Assembly (NCBI GenBank): GCA_001724265.1
Contig: MEDY01000028.1
Location: 62,001 to 122,604 of the forward strand
Length of the DNA stretch: 60,604 nt
Source of the DNA: Rhizaria sp. SCN 62-66
Lineage: Eukaryota
Direction: 5' to 3'
The notes under the pieces are model-generated. The model ran no database searches and was not told where the DNA came from. It saw nothing but the letters and a program-made list of their open reading frames with translations. This document shows positions 38,529-50,797 of the stretch, in pieces. The number at the start of each line of letters is the position of its first letter. Position 1 is the stretch's first letter. A program made the translations under genes and the position numbers.

Positions 38529-41500
38529 TCAACCAGAGCCTGTGCCACCATTACCAGTAGGTGTGCTGACAACTTCTGTGGCAGTTCTCTTGTCAGCAGT
38601 TTTGTTCACCAGGGGCAGCAGTGTGTCGTTGACCCAGCCACCCGCGGCACGCATGCTCTCGCTCGTCACTGCACGCACTGGCGTCATCGTCAACTGCTGC
38701 TGTTGTTGTTGTTGCTGCTGCTGATGCTGCCGCTGCTGCTGCTGATGCTGCCGCTGCTGCTGCTGCTGCTGTTGTTGTTGTTGCTGTTGCTGTGGCATGG
38801 CCTGCGAATGCTGCTGTGTAGGATTGAGCACGGTGTCAAGCCCACCAGTTGCGCTGGCGATACCAACCAGCCCCGCTGGCACAAACCCCAAGCACGCAAA
38901 AACACGCGCTGATAGCCACAGCCCAGGTCGTGCGTGCTGCACTGCGCCGTACAACGCAGCACGCGCCGCTGCACGCGCGCTCTCGCCAAGCTCATCTGCT
39001 TCAACAGTCACAGGCGCTGCGGGTCCAGCACTCGTAGTGTCACACCCACTGGATGTATTGCCCAGCGCATCGCCAGTGGCAGCCTCAGCGTCAACAGTCG
39101 TGTTGCCAGCGGGCACATTGCCAGCGGCAACTTCGTTGACCGTGGCAACAGCAGCAGTATCAGAATCAACAGCGATAACCGTAGCAGCCTTACTGGCGCG
39201 CTCAGCAGCAGCGTACCGGTCGAGATGCGCGGCAACAAAGGCTGGCAAACGCGCTTCCGCGTACCGCGCCACGTGGGCAGCCGCCAGCGCCATCACAGCA
39301 GAGTGTTCCGCCGCCGCGCGCACGCCGGCCGCTCCGGGCACAGCCGCAGTCTCGAGCGTCGCCGCGCCGTTGCCGCTGCTGCCGCTGCTGCTGCTGCCGC
39401 TGCCGTTACTGCTGCTGTTGTTCTTGTTGTCGTCCTTGTCCAGGACGAATTGTTCGATGATCAGAGTGGCGACGTCGGGCGTGAGCGTGACGATGGCCAC
39501 CGCGGCCGTGCGCGACACCGGCGTCACGACCACGGCGGGCAGCCACTGCGGCGCGGACAGCAGATGCGGCGGCACCTGCGCCTGCGGCTGCAGCTTCGAC
39601 TTGGACTTCGGCTGCTGCGACAGCGGCCGCAAGGGCACGGAAGGCGGCACCAGCGACGCGCACGCCTCAGGCAGCAGCGCCGCGACGACCTCCGCGGCCG
39701 TGACGGACACGGGCAGGCCGCCGATCGTGAGCCGCCCGGCTCCGCGCGCGCTCTCCCAGCCCGCCGCCACAGCGGCGGCCGCGGTCATGGCGGCGGCGGC
39801 GAGCGCGATGGCCTCCGCGTGTTGTGCCGGCGTTGCGCGGTGCGGCGCCGGGATGCGCGACTCGGCTGTGAGCGCGGACCGGCTCTCGAAGCCCCAGCAT
39901 TCGCGTTGACGCGGCGAAGCTGCGGTGAGCGCGGAACTTGACGACGAGGTTAGCGCCGCGCTTGACGACGCGGTCAGCGCGGTGTTCGACGACGCGGCGG
40001 TAAGCGCTGCGTTTGCGGCAGCATGCGCGGCTTTTGACGCGGTGATCGTGGCGTTTGCGGCGGCGATCGCAGCGCCCGACGCGTCCAACGGGGCCCGGTC
40101 AGTGGCCGCGGGGTGCGACGGGCAGAGCACGGGCAGCGACAGGACTTCCATGGGCGTGTGCAGCGCGAGCGGGCGGCCGCGAAGGGACTGGCCGTGCAGC
40201 CGTAGCGCGCGCGTGGCGGCATCGGCGGTGGGGAACACGGCCGCGCCGACTGCGCGCGAGTGTGCGAGCGTTACTAGCGCGCGCGCGTCCACCAGGCCGA
40301 ACAGCGCGGCCAAGTCGGCGGGCACAGTCGCCATGTGCGCGTGCGACAGGTGGACCGAGTAGAACGAGCCCAGCGCGGAGACGTGCTCGAGCGCGAGCGT
40401 TTGCGCGAGCTGAAGCGCCGCGACGGTGGCCGCACGCGACGACAGCACGGGCGCGCGCAGCGCAAGCACAGCGGCCTCAGCGCGCGCGTCGGGCTGCGGC
40501 GCCGATGCGCTTGCGTCCAAGTCCGGGTCCGGCGGGCGGAAAAACAGCCGCGAGACGCGGTACTCTTGCTGCCGGTCCCGGGCGCGGGCTGCATTCTCCT
40601 CTAATTGCGACGACGTTGCGGGGAGCTTGGAGGTGGACCCCCACTGCTGTTGCGCGGCAGAGTTTGCCTCCGCCAGAACCGCACGCATCGCCTCCCTGCG
40701 CGCGGCGGCAAGCCGGGTCATCTCGCACGTCGGCAGCGACCGCTCGCGCAGCGCCGGCGCGTGCTGGTGGTCGGCCGCGTCGCGCCGCCCGCGGGCCCGC
40801 GACACGGCCTGGTCCCAGAGCGCCTCCCAGGGGCGCTCCGCTGCGCGCGCGAGGGGGTCGTTGGCGGCGATCGCGCGCGATGCGTGGGCGGAGTTGCGGA
40901 TGCGCTTGCGACGAAGCTTCGCGGCGCGCACGGAACACGCGTCGTTGTCGCCGTCATCGTCGGAGTCACGGTCGTCTTCCCAGTCACTCCAGTCACTGTC
41001 ACGGTCACGGGTGCGGTCACGGTCAGCGTCACGAGAGCTGCTGCCCTTGCCGTAGTCACGGTCGCGGTCGCTGCGGTCGCGGTGACTGCGCTGAGGACTG
41101 CAACTGCGCGTGCGGCTGCGAGTGGGACTGCGACAGCGGACATTTCGGTTCCGGTGGCTGCTGTTTTCAAGCTTGGGCCTGGGGCTTCGCGAGCGTGAGC
41201 ACGAGCGAGAACGAGAGGAGCGCAATGGACTGCGGGAGGATGCACGGGCGCGCGTCGGACGGTTGATAGGACTGTGGCTGCGGGTTCGACTCCGACTCCG
41301 ACTTTGGCTGCCGCTGCGGCTGCGGTCACTGCAACTGCCGCTGCGGCTGCGACTGCCGCTCGGACTGCGGCTGTTGCTGTGGCTTCGGCTACGACTGCGA
41401 CCTCGCCTTTGCCCTCGCAGTCGTCTTGATGGCAGTGGCTTGTCATCGCAGCGGCTGCGGTCCCTCGCATTGCCTATGTCGCCATCGTTGTCGTTGAAAT

Positions 41501-41789
41501 GACGACGGGCGCGCTCGCAGTCACCGCCACTGGCAACAAACGCGCAGTAAGACGCGTCCAACTCAACGCCGTGGGCACCGGCAGGAGGACGCAGCCACGC
41601 CAGGCTGTCTCGGAGTTTGCTGCTGGCAGTGCCTATGGGAGCCCATCCATCAGCGGTGTTCCGAGTCACATCATCATTCAGGTGAGTCCTGGAGACTGCA
41701 GGAAATATCGTAGCGACTGAGGGTCCGGTGACATGTGCATGGATAGTGGAAGTACCTGCCACAAACGGGCCGCCGGATTTGAAATTCAT
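38529..41789 (-). CDS. RS/RD-rich protein with degenerate RRM-like segments and C-terminal polyQ (SR-related, function unassigned)
   Basis: Long ORF with RSRSRS and DRDRD tracts, AVFPTADAATRALRLHGQSLRGRPL and LTIGGLPVSVTAAEV. First ATG 41789. Ends in TGA. Confidence 0.65.
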   Translation of the reverse strand: MNFKSGGPFVAGTSTIHAHVTGPSVATIFPAVSRTHLNDDVTRNTADGWAPIGTASSKLRDSLAWLRPPAGAHGVELDASYCAFVASGGDCERARRHFNDNDGDIGNARDRSRCDDKPLPSRRLRGQRRGRSRSRSHSNSRSPSGSRSRSGSCSDRSRSGSQSRSRSRTRSHSPINRPTRARASSRSPLRSSRSRSCSRSRSPRPKLENSSHRNRNVRCRSPTRSRTRSCSPQRSHRDRSDRDRDYGKGSSSRDADRDRTRDRDSDWSDWEDDRDSDDDGDNDACSVRAAKLRRKRIRNSAHASRAIAANDPLARAAERPWEALWDQAVSRARGRRDAADHQHAPALRERSLPTCEMTRLAAARREAMRAVLAEANSAAQQQWGSTSKLPATSSQLEENAARARDRQQEYRVSRLFFRPPDPDLDASASAPQPDARAEAAVLALRAPVLSSRAATVAALQLAQTLALEHVSALGSFYSVHLSHAHMATVPADLAALFGLVDARALVTLAHSRAVGAAVFPTADAATRALRLHGQSLRGRPLALHTPMEVLSLPVLCPSHPAATDRAPLDASGAAIAAANATITASKAAHAAANAALTAASSNTALTASSSAALTSSSSSALTAASPRQRECWGFESRSALTAESRIPAPHRATPAQHAEAIALAAAAMTAAAAVAAGWESARGAGRLTIGGLPVSVTAAEVVAALLPEACASLVPPSVPLRPLSQQPKSKSKLQPQAQVPPHLLSAPQWLPAVVVTPVSRTAAVAIVTLTPDVATLIIEQFVLDKDDNKNNSSSNGSGSSSSGSSGNGAATLETAAVPGAAGVRAAAEHSAVMALAAAHVARYAEARLPAFVAAHLDRYAAAERASKAATVIAVDSDTAAVATVNEVAAGNVPAGNTTVDAEAATGDALGNTSSGCDTTSAGPAAPVTVEADELGESARAAARAALYGAVQHARPGLWLSARVFACLGFVPAGLVGIASATGGLDTVLNPTQQHSQAMPQQQQQQQQQQQQQRQHQQQQRQHQQQQQQQQQQLTMTPVRAVTSESMRAAGGWVNDTLLPLVNKTADKRTATEVVSTPTGNGGTGSG

Positions 41790-42211
41790 TGTGTGCCCTG
41801 TGGCCACTCTTAGAGGAGTGGTGAAACAAGGGCTTTCCGACTGCCGCTGAGTAAAATAAAGCGGTCCAAATGGTTAGATTAGGCCGTGACTGGAAACAGT
41901 ATAATAATAAAAATGGATGGAACACACACGTTTAAAGCATAAATCGCCCTCGAATCAAGCGTCAACGATGAAATTAGCGCGATAATAACAGAGTCACATT
42001 GTTACTAGATTTCGACTTGAAGGGCTGTCGTAGCTTCGGACTCGGTTCAGAGCCGGTCAGCAAAGAAGTTAGGCCGCGGAATTTCCAGAGAGAATGGCCG
42101 AAAGTGGGATTGGGTCGATATCATGGTGTGCTTTCATTCATTGGGGTCATAATTTGCAGATGTTCTTGATCAAGATCGGGAATATACGAAACCGGCTATA
42201 TTTCGTTATAA

Positions 42212-44086
<1,875 letters not shown>

Positions 44087-44613
44087 GCAATTGAAGCGGA
44101 TTTCTCTCTCGTTTCTGTTGCTCAAGAGCACATGCAGTGTCTCTTTGCTGACGTGGCTTGCGGTGTATTTATTGTGCTTCAGCTGTTGCTCTGTACATTT
44201 TATGTAACACAAGACGACGCGGAAACACTCCACTAACCCCACTGCGAACCGCGCGGCTTACATCTCAAATCAATTTATTCTAAAATGACACATCAAAAAC
44301 CATTTATAATGACTGTATGCCGACCGTCTTGTTACAAGCGGCGACGTTTGTGTGCGTGTGTACTGCCAAATGACAACACGTTCCATAAAGTGACCTAACT
44401 TTCCTTACTATTCTTAGCTACGCTGTTGTATCTTGCTTGAAATCCCTTGTGTATCAAATGATCGTCCTTGAAATGCACTTTGCCACTCTCAAAGGCTTTG
44501 CTTGTCAGTCGCTTCAAGTTGCAGTAGCTGTCCCAAACAAAGCGAGTTTTCAAACGTTGTGATCTTTATTGCCAATATTATCATTCCACAGCCAGGTATA
44601 TGTGTCGCATATC

Positions 44614-45030
44614 TTAGCTAGTGCGGAAGCGGCCGCCGCGCGCATGAGGGTTACCTGTCCCCGAGAATCCCCAGCCGCCCGACACACCACCGGGATTCAC
44701 AGTCGTCGTATGGCCCTCAGCGCCGTAGTTGAAGTTGTCCCGGTGCGCACGGTGGCCGCGGAGCGCCTCCTCGCGCAGCAGCCCATGCTCGCCGGCGTAC
44801 CCGGCGTGCGGGTCCATCGCGGCCGCGCGACCGGTGTCGCCCGGAAGGACACCGGCGGGCGTCTCGCCGATGTAGGGCAGACCGGGCGTGGCTTGCGGGG
44901 GACGGTGCGCGCGGCGCACGCGCCAGTCGGAGTTGGTCGCGGACGACGGGGAGATAAGCGCCAGGAGAAGAAGCAGCAGGGGCAGCAGCAGCGGGAGCAG
45001 GGGAGGAAGCGGGGTGCGGGACAGCGCCAT
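44614..45030 (-). CDS. Small secreted Gly/His/Arg-rich hypothetical protein (138 aa)
   Basis: GC-rich ORF bounded by AT-richer DNA, with a Leu-rich signal peptide (MALSRTPLPPLLPLLLPLLLLLLALISPSSA). Ends in TAA. Confidence 0.65.
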   Translation of the reverse strand: MALSRTPLPPLLPLLLPLLLLLLALISPSSATNSDWRVRRAHRPPQATPGLPYIGETPAGVLPGDTGRAAAMDPHAGYAGEHGLLREEALRGHRAHRDNFNYGAEGHTTTVNPGGVSGGWGFSGTGNPHARGGRFRTS

Positions 45031-45890
45031 CTTCGGGGCAGCTGAGAGAGAGCGAAGAGCTGAAGTGCGGCAGACGGAAGTGAATACAGATGCACGGTGA
45101 GCTTGGGAGACGAAATTAATAAGCAAAAGGATTAACCGTAGTGCGTTACGTATAGATCCTGCATTATTAATACCTGTTGTGTGATTGTTCAAGTTGCGGT
45201 GCGTTGTGGCGCGAGTGTCGGGGCAAGGAGCGGGATGCGTTTGGTGTTTATTTTTTTCGGTCTAGTGTGTGCGGGGTGCACACTTTTTCGCGCCCCCAAG
45301 TTTCCTGTCATTCCTTACATGTTGCACCATATGTCGTGCGTGCCTAGATGATATATCAATGTGAACGGGAAATTATCTTGACTCTGTTTATGTTCCTTCA
45401 ATTGTTCGACTATTTATGGCCTGGATTATCTTCGAATCGGTGTTCTATCTCGTCCAACATGCTTGCTCAACACACTCTTTAGAGCTTCTAAACTTTTGCC
45501 AGGGTCTCCGCGAAAAAAGCTGTTGAGAACAAACTCACCATCGCATGACTTTTTCGACTCCTACATCTTTTATCTCCTACCTGTCATTTTCCGACAAAGA
45601 CTTTTGTTCGCGCAGCACACCTGTCGCAAGCACATTTGCATCGCTTCCCGCCAACTTTCCGCCCCGTTCCACGACACGCTTTAGCTGCACTGACACCAGC
45701 TCAAAGTCCGCTGCTGCCTTACCGCCCCCAGGTCTATTGTTTCCGCACTACCAGCGAACCTAACATAACACAGCCTACGACTCCGTCTACTCAGCTTCGC
45801 TTGCTCTCCAAGTAAGCCGCGCCTAACGACTCTAAAACTTTCCACTTTACACAGACACACGTGCACAGCACAGAGCCTTTGACCTGCAGC

Positions 45891-46806
45891 ATGTCTATTG
45901 TCGTCACCGGTGTCCAGGTGCTGAACAACCCCACGAGCTTCACCAACTCCTTCCAGTTCGAGATCTTCTTCGACTGCCTCCACGCACTCCAGGAGCGTAC
46001 GTAACAACGCAACAGCAACAATCACACGAGCTCTTAAAAGCTCTGTATCTCAACCCCACTGATAGAATTTCACACCAATTTGCCTTAGCATTTTCCTGCA
46101 GTCCTGATATTTCTGTATGCAAACGTTCAGCCTGATTTGTGCTAATCTATTTCTGCTTCTGTCTTGTAATGTTTGTCTTTGTCTCGATTTGCGTCACGAC
46201 ACAGCGCTTGAGTGGCAACTCATCTACGCCGCGGACCCCGCTGACGAGTCCAAGGACCAGGAGCTCGAGTGCGTCCTCGTCGGCCCCGTCACCCTGGGCA
46301 CAAACAAGTTCGTTTTCGAGGCCCCTGCGCCCGACGCGTCCGCCATCTCCGGCTCCGACCTTCTTGGCATGACCATCGTCTTCCTTAAGGGGCTCTACCG
46401 CGACGAAGAGTTCGTGCGCGTCGGCTACTACGTCAACGCCGGCTTCCCCGACGGCGCGCTGCCGGTCGACGAGGAGGGCCGTCCTGTGCTGCCCACGGTC
46501 ATCGACCCCGCCGCTCTGACTCGCACAATCGTCAACGAGCCCCGCGTGACGCGCCGTCTGATCCGCTGGGACGCGTCTGCCGAGGAGGCGCTCGCCGCTG
46601 AGGCCGCGGCTGCGGCGGCCGCTGCCGGCGCCGGCGCGGGCGAGGCGGGCGCCGCGGGCGGCGTTGCGATGGATGACGACGTGCTCGACCTCAGCCAGTT
46701 ACCGGAGGTCGGTGAGGGCGACGGCGACGACGACGAGGAGGAAGAGGAGGGCGAGGAGGAGACCGGTGACATGGAGATCGACGTCCCCGCCGAGGTCCAA
46801 TACTAA
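45891..46806 (+). CDS. ASF1: Histone chaperone ASF1; exons 45891-45996 and 46205-46806
   Basis: VQVLNNP...FQFEIFFDC, LEWQLIY, DQELECVLVGPV, EFVRVGYYV, PRVTR and an acidic tail. GTACGT...CAG intron. Ends in TAA. Confidence 0.95.
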
Positions 46807-47221
46807 GCACCAAGCGCTGCACACACGTCACAACCTGTCTTGGTTCTTTTGGACGAACATTTTTATTTTTTTTCCTCATTGTATGTTGATAGTGGTTGCT
46901 TATTTTTCTATGTATTTGTTGCACCTACGTATGCTTGATATTAATATGGCGGCTGAGTGTCGATGCCCACTGTGCTGTTTGTTCTTGCAATACAATCCTG
47001 ATTTTTGCTCACCAGTAATTGTGAGAGGTCCGACCAAGATACGACAGACCGAAACCAATGCACTGACTGTGTGCACCAATTTGATCGTCAAGTTGGACTT
47101 AGCCCAAATAAAACGAATTAACAAACATGGACAATTTTACATTTAATATTTGCCTTGCACATATCATCATTAACACGATCTTGTCTCAACTGAAGTTATC
47201 CCCATCTTACAGTGCAACAGA

Positions 47222-48850
47222 ATGAGTTCGCTCTTCCCCGCGCCCGTGGCGTCACCTGAGGCCGCAGTCGCGCAGTGGGCATCGCACCGCTTCAGCATGC
47301 CTCGTAAGCAGCTAACATGCGCGTCGCTGCTGCCGCGTCTGACCAGCTCGCTCTGGTTCGCACGTGTGACGGAGCTGGTGCAGAGTGTGCAAAGCGCTCT
47401 GGCCAATCGCCCGCGGCCGCCGCCCGCCGCCTCGCCCGCCGTCGCGCTCTTCTGCGCGCGGCTTTGCGAGGCCGCGGCCTGGGTGGACGAGATTCCGCCG
47501 CTGACACAGGCGCAACGCTTTGGCAACCCCGCGTTCCGGACCTGGCACGCACGGTTGGCCGAGCGCGCGACCCACTGGATGACCGAGCTCGTCGACGCGT
47601 CGGACCGTTTCCCCCCTGGCTGGGCCGCGGCTGATAACCTCACCGGCGCTGCTGCCGACGCGGCCGCACAGGAGCACGACGAGCTCGTGACCGACGCCGC
47701 GCAGGTTGCAAGCGCGACCGCCGCCGCTGACGCCGCCGCAGCCGCCGCGCAGGGCCCGAACCCCGCAGTCTCGCCCCACGGCGTCGCCGGCAGCGTCAGC
47801 GCGCTCGGCGTGGCCGCGACGCCCGCGCCCTGGGCCGCCGCCGCCGCGGCCGCTCGCGCGCCCCCCGCGGCTGCGTCTCCTTCTGCGGCCGCCGCCCTTG
47901 TGTTCTCCCCCGGCCGGCGCGCGACCGCGGCCGCCGAGCTTGCCGGTCTGTTCCTCGCGTCTTTCGGCAACCCCGGTCGGCTCGACTACGGCACGGGCCA
48001 CGAGATGTCATTTGCCGCGCTGCTCGCCGCGCTCTGCGCCCTGGGCGTGTACACCGAAGACGACCTGGGTTGTCTCGGCGCGCGCGTCTTTTCGGAGTAT
48101 TTAGTGGTCGTGCGGCGTGTCCAGCGCACGTACTGGCTCGAGCCTGCCGGCAGTAAGGGCGCGTGGGGACTTGACGACTACCAGTTCCTGCCGTTTTTGT
48201 GGGGTGCTGCACAGCTCGCGCGCTGCCCCGAGCTCCCCACGCCCGCAGCGGCCGCTGCGAAGGCGCACGCGATGGCCGGAAATCAATCCGCAGCTGCGGC
48301 GTCGTCGCACTCTGGAAGTCAGGCTGCGACGACGGCTGCGGTGGCCGCGGTCCCCGCCAGCCAGGCCGCGCACGCCTCGTTCCCCACCGAGACCGACGGC
48401 GGCTGCGCTAACGCTGCTGCTGACGTCAGCAAGACCAGCCAGAGCGACCGTGAGCAGCAGCGGCAGCAGGAGGAGGAGCCGTCGCTGCTGCTGGACGCCG
48501 TGGCGTTCGTGTGCCGCGTCAAGACGGGCCCGTTGGCTGTGCATTCGCCGTACGTGGCGTCGCTGTTCGAAGTGCCGTCCTGGGAGCGTCTCGCGGCTGG
48601 GTTGTGTCGTATGTACGGAGGGGAGGTGCTCGCCAAGCTCCAGGTCATGCAGCATACGCTCTTCACATCGTTACTCTCCGCCGAACCGCCCGCGGACTGC
48701 GAGCCCTCTCAGCAGCGACAACCAGGCGCTGTGAGCGAGCAGCTGGACCCGAGGGCGGCGCACGTGGCGGCCGTGGTTGCGGCGGCGAACAAGGCGCGCA
48801 AGTCGGCGGCGGTGTTTGACCTGCCTGCCGCCATGTTCTCGTTCGATTGA
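47222..48850 (+). CDS. PTPA: PP2A activator (PTPA/RRD) with Ala-rich insertions
   Basis: RFGNPAFRTW, SFGNPGRLDYGTGHE, YWLEPAGSKGAWGLDDYQFLPF, KTGP...HSP, EVLAKLQVMQH. Ends in TGA. Confidence 0.92.
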   Translation: MSSLFPAPVASPEAAVAQWASHRFSMPRKQLTCASLLPRLTSSLWFARVTELVQSVQSALANRPRPPPAASPAVALFCARLCEAAAWVDEIPPLTQAQRFGNPAFRTWHARLAERATHWMTELVDASDRFPPGWAAADNLTGAAADAAAQEHDELVTDAAQVASATAAADAAAAAAQGPNPAVSPHGVAGSVSALGVAATPAPWAAAAAAARAPPAAASPSAAAALVFSPGRRATAAAELAGLFLASFGNPGRLDYGTGHEMSFAALLAALCALGVYTEDDLGCLGARVFSEYLVVVRRVQRTYWLEPAGSKGAWGLDDYQFLPFLWGAAQLARCPELPTPAAAAAKAHAMAGNQSAAAASSHSGSQAATTAAVAAVPASQAAHASFPTETDGGCANAAADVSKTSQSDREQQRQQEEEPSLLLDAVAFVCRVKTGPLAVHSPYVASLFEVPSWERLAAGLCRMYGGEVLAKLQVMQHTLFTSLLSAEPPADCEPSQQRQPGAVSEQLDPRAAHVAAVVAAANKARKSAAVFDLPAAMFSFD

Positions 48851-49500
48851 TCATGTACGCGCTTTTGCAGAGTGACGTGCTGTGTGACAAATGTACAAGC
48901 TACGATCTGAGCAGGGCCAGAGCTTTTATTGAATACATAGGATATTGATGCATCACTGTGATCTGATTGGAAGACGCTGGAGTAAATAAAAGATTGTTTT
49001 CTATTTGTTGGAGCGTATTCGTATACACATGCAGATACAACGCAATAATTACGTGCGATGCGTATCTGCGAGTACGAAGAACACGTGTTGTTGGGTTCAT
49101 TAGTAATAGGGTTGTTTGCTTGTTTTGGGTTTTCTCTAAATAGATCAGGGCAATAAATTACAACACTTCGTGCCTTTTCCACCTCCAGTCAGTCAATCAC
49201 CGTCCTCTTAAGATTTCGCGTCCATTCCAGTCTCCATTTCATAGCTCTGTGCCGTTGCATCACAGCATCCTTTCACCGCATCAGCGCAAGCTTACACTCA
49301 GCAGCGTTGCTATACAACGCAGCTACACATACGCATGAGTGACGCGACTGAGAGAAGACGAGATCTTACGAAGCGAAGACGACGCCGGCCGCACCACGCG
49401 CTGTGCGAGCGTGCGTTTGCGATGACGTGCCGAGTTAGACTGGGACGGCTTAGACGAGGACCTTGACGCGGCGGTCTTCGACGCGGCGGTCTCCGGCGGT

Positions 49501-50407
49501 TTAGACGAGGGCCTTGACACGGCGGTCGGTGATGGGGAGGTCGCGGAAACGGTAGAGCTTGCGCTGGGTCTTCTCGAAGCCGCGCTCCTTGAGGCGGTCG
49601 ATGACCTCAACCTTGCGGATGAAAGGCGAGTAGAGCGGGAACAACACCTCAACCTTGATGCCGTCGACGACGTTAATGACGGAGAACGAAGCGTCGATGT
49701 AGTCGGCGCGGCGCTTGGAGATGACCACGCCCTTGACGACCTGGAGCTTCTCTTCGCGCAGTGAGAGAAGCTGTGTGACGGCAATGCGGTCGCCGACATC
49801 AAAGCGCGGGATCTCGCGCGGAAGCTTCTTCAGCGTGGCGACCTCGTCGGCGCGGATGGCCGAGATGAGGGCCTTAGCGGTGGGGCGGCGCTCGGAGACG
49901 GGCAGCTTGCTCACGACGGGGGTGTCGAAAGGTTTGCGGGTGCGCGCAAACTGCTCCGCGGAGAAGGAGGAACCTTCCATGCTACAGAGAACAATGAGGG
50001 AAACGTAGGCAAAATGAAAGCAGGGACAAGTGTGAGTGGCGGCAGCGTGCGCGAGCGGGCGGGAGCTGAGCGTGCGTGTAAAACGTTAGAGGAAGGTTAG
50101 GAGGCGACGAGGAGTAACACGTACCGCTGGGCGCGGCGCTCGAGAGAGGCCTTAGAAGGGGTCTTCACAGTGCGGAAGGTAGGCTGGTGGTACGGGGAGC
50201 TGTGGAACATGCGTCCCATACTCGCCTGCAGAGGGGTGGCCTGTGTGGGGAAACAATCAAGACGATGGCAGCGCAGGGTGCAAATGAGTGTCGGGCCAGA
50301 GCTGAATAGGACGGGATAGCGTGTGCAGACGGAGCTGAATATATAATTAAACGTACCTGAGTGGCGCACACCTTCGTAGCCGAAAGGATATTTCCAACCT
50401 TCAACAT
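49501..50407 (-). CDS. MRPL19: Mitochondrial ribosomal protein bL19m; exons 50407-50357, 50240-50125, 49981-49501
   Basis: IPRFDVGD...GVVISKR...SFSV...VEVLFPLYSP...RKLYRFRD is the L19 signature. Presequence-like N-terminus. Two in-frame GTACGT introns. Ends in TAA. Confidence 0.88.
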
Positions 50408-50797
50408 TTTGGGCTTATTCCAGGCAACCGAAGTTGGACTGAAATGGCTTCTGCTGAGACCGCAGCGCCCAGCGGTCGACACAAATCAAGCCGCCCACGG
50501 TCTTCGCCGAGTTGAGAGGTACCGAAAACGCGTCAAAACAGGGCTATATTTGCGTGTATAGTATTTATTTACTTTGTGTTTATTTTGATTGATTAGATAT
50601 CTCTCATATTAAATTTATACGCCCGTCAACGGTCGTTGCACCCTTCGGAATGTATCCGCGCCGATGCGGTGCGAGTCCTGCCACAAGCAGTCTTCTCACC
50701 GCACTCCTCCTGTCTCCCCTGCATCCCGTTTCCAGCTACTCTTCTTATTCCCACCAGCGCACACGCCAGACCCGTCTCTTGCCTGCGCTTTGCTCAC

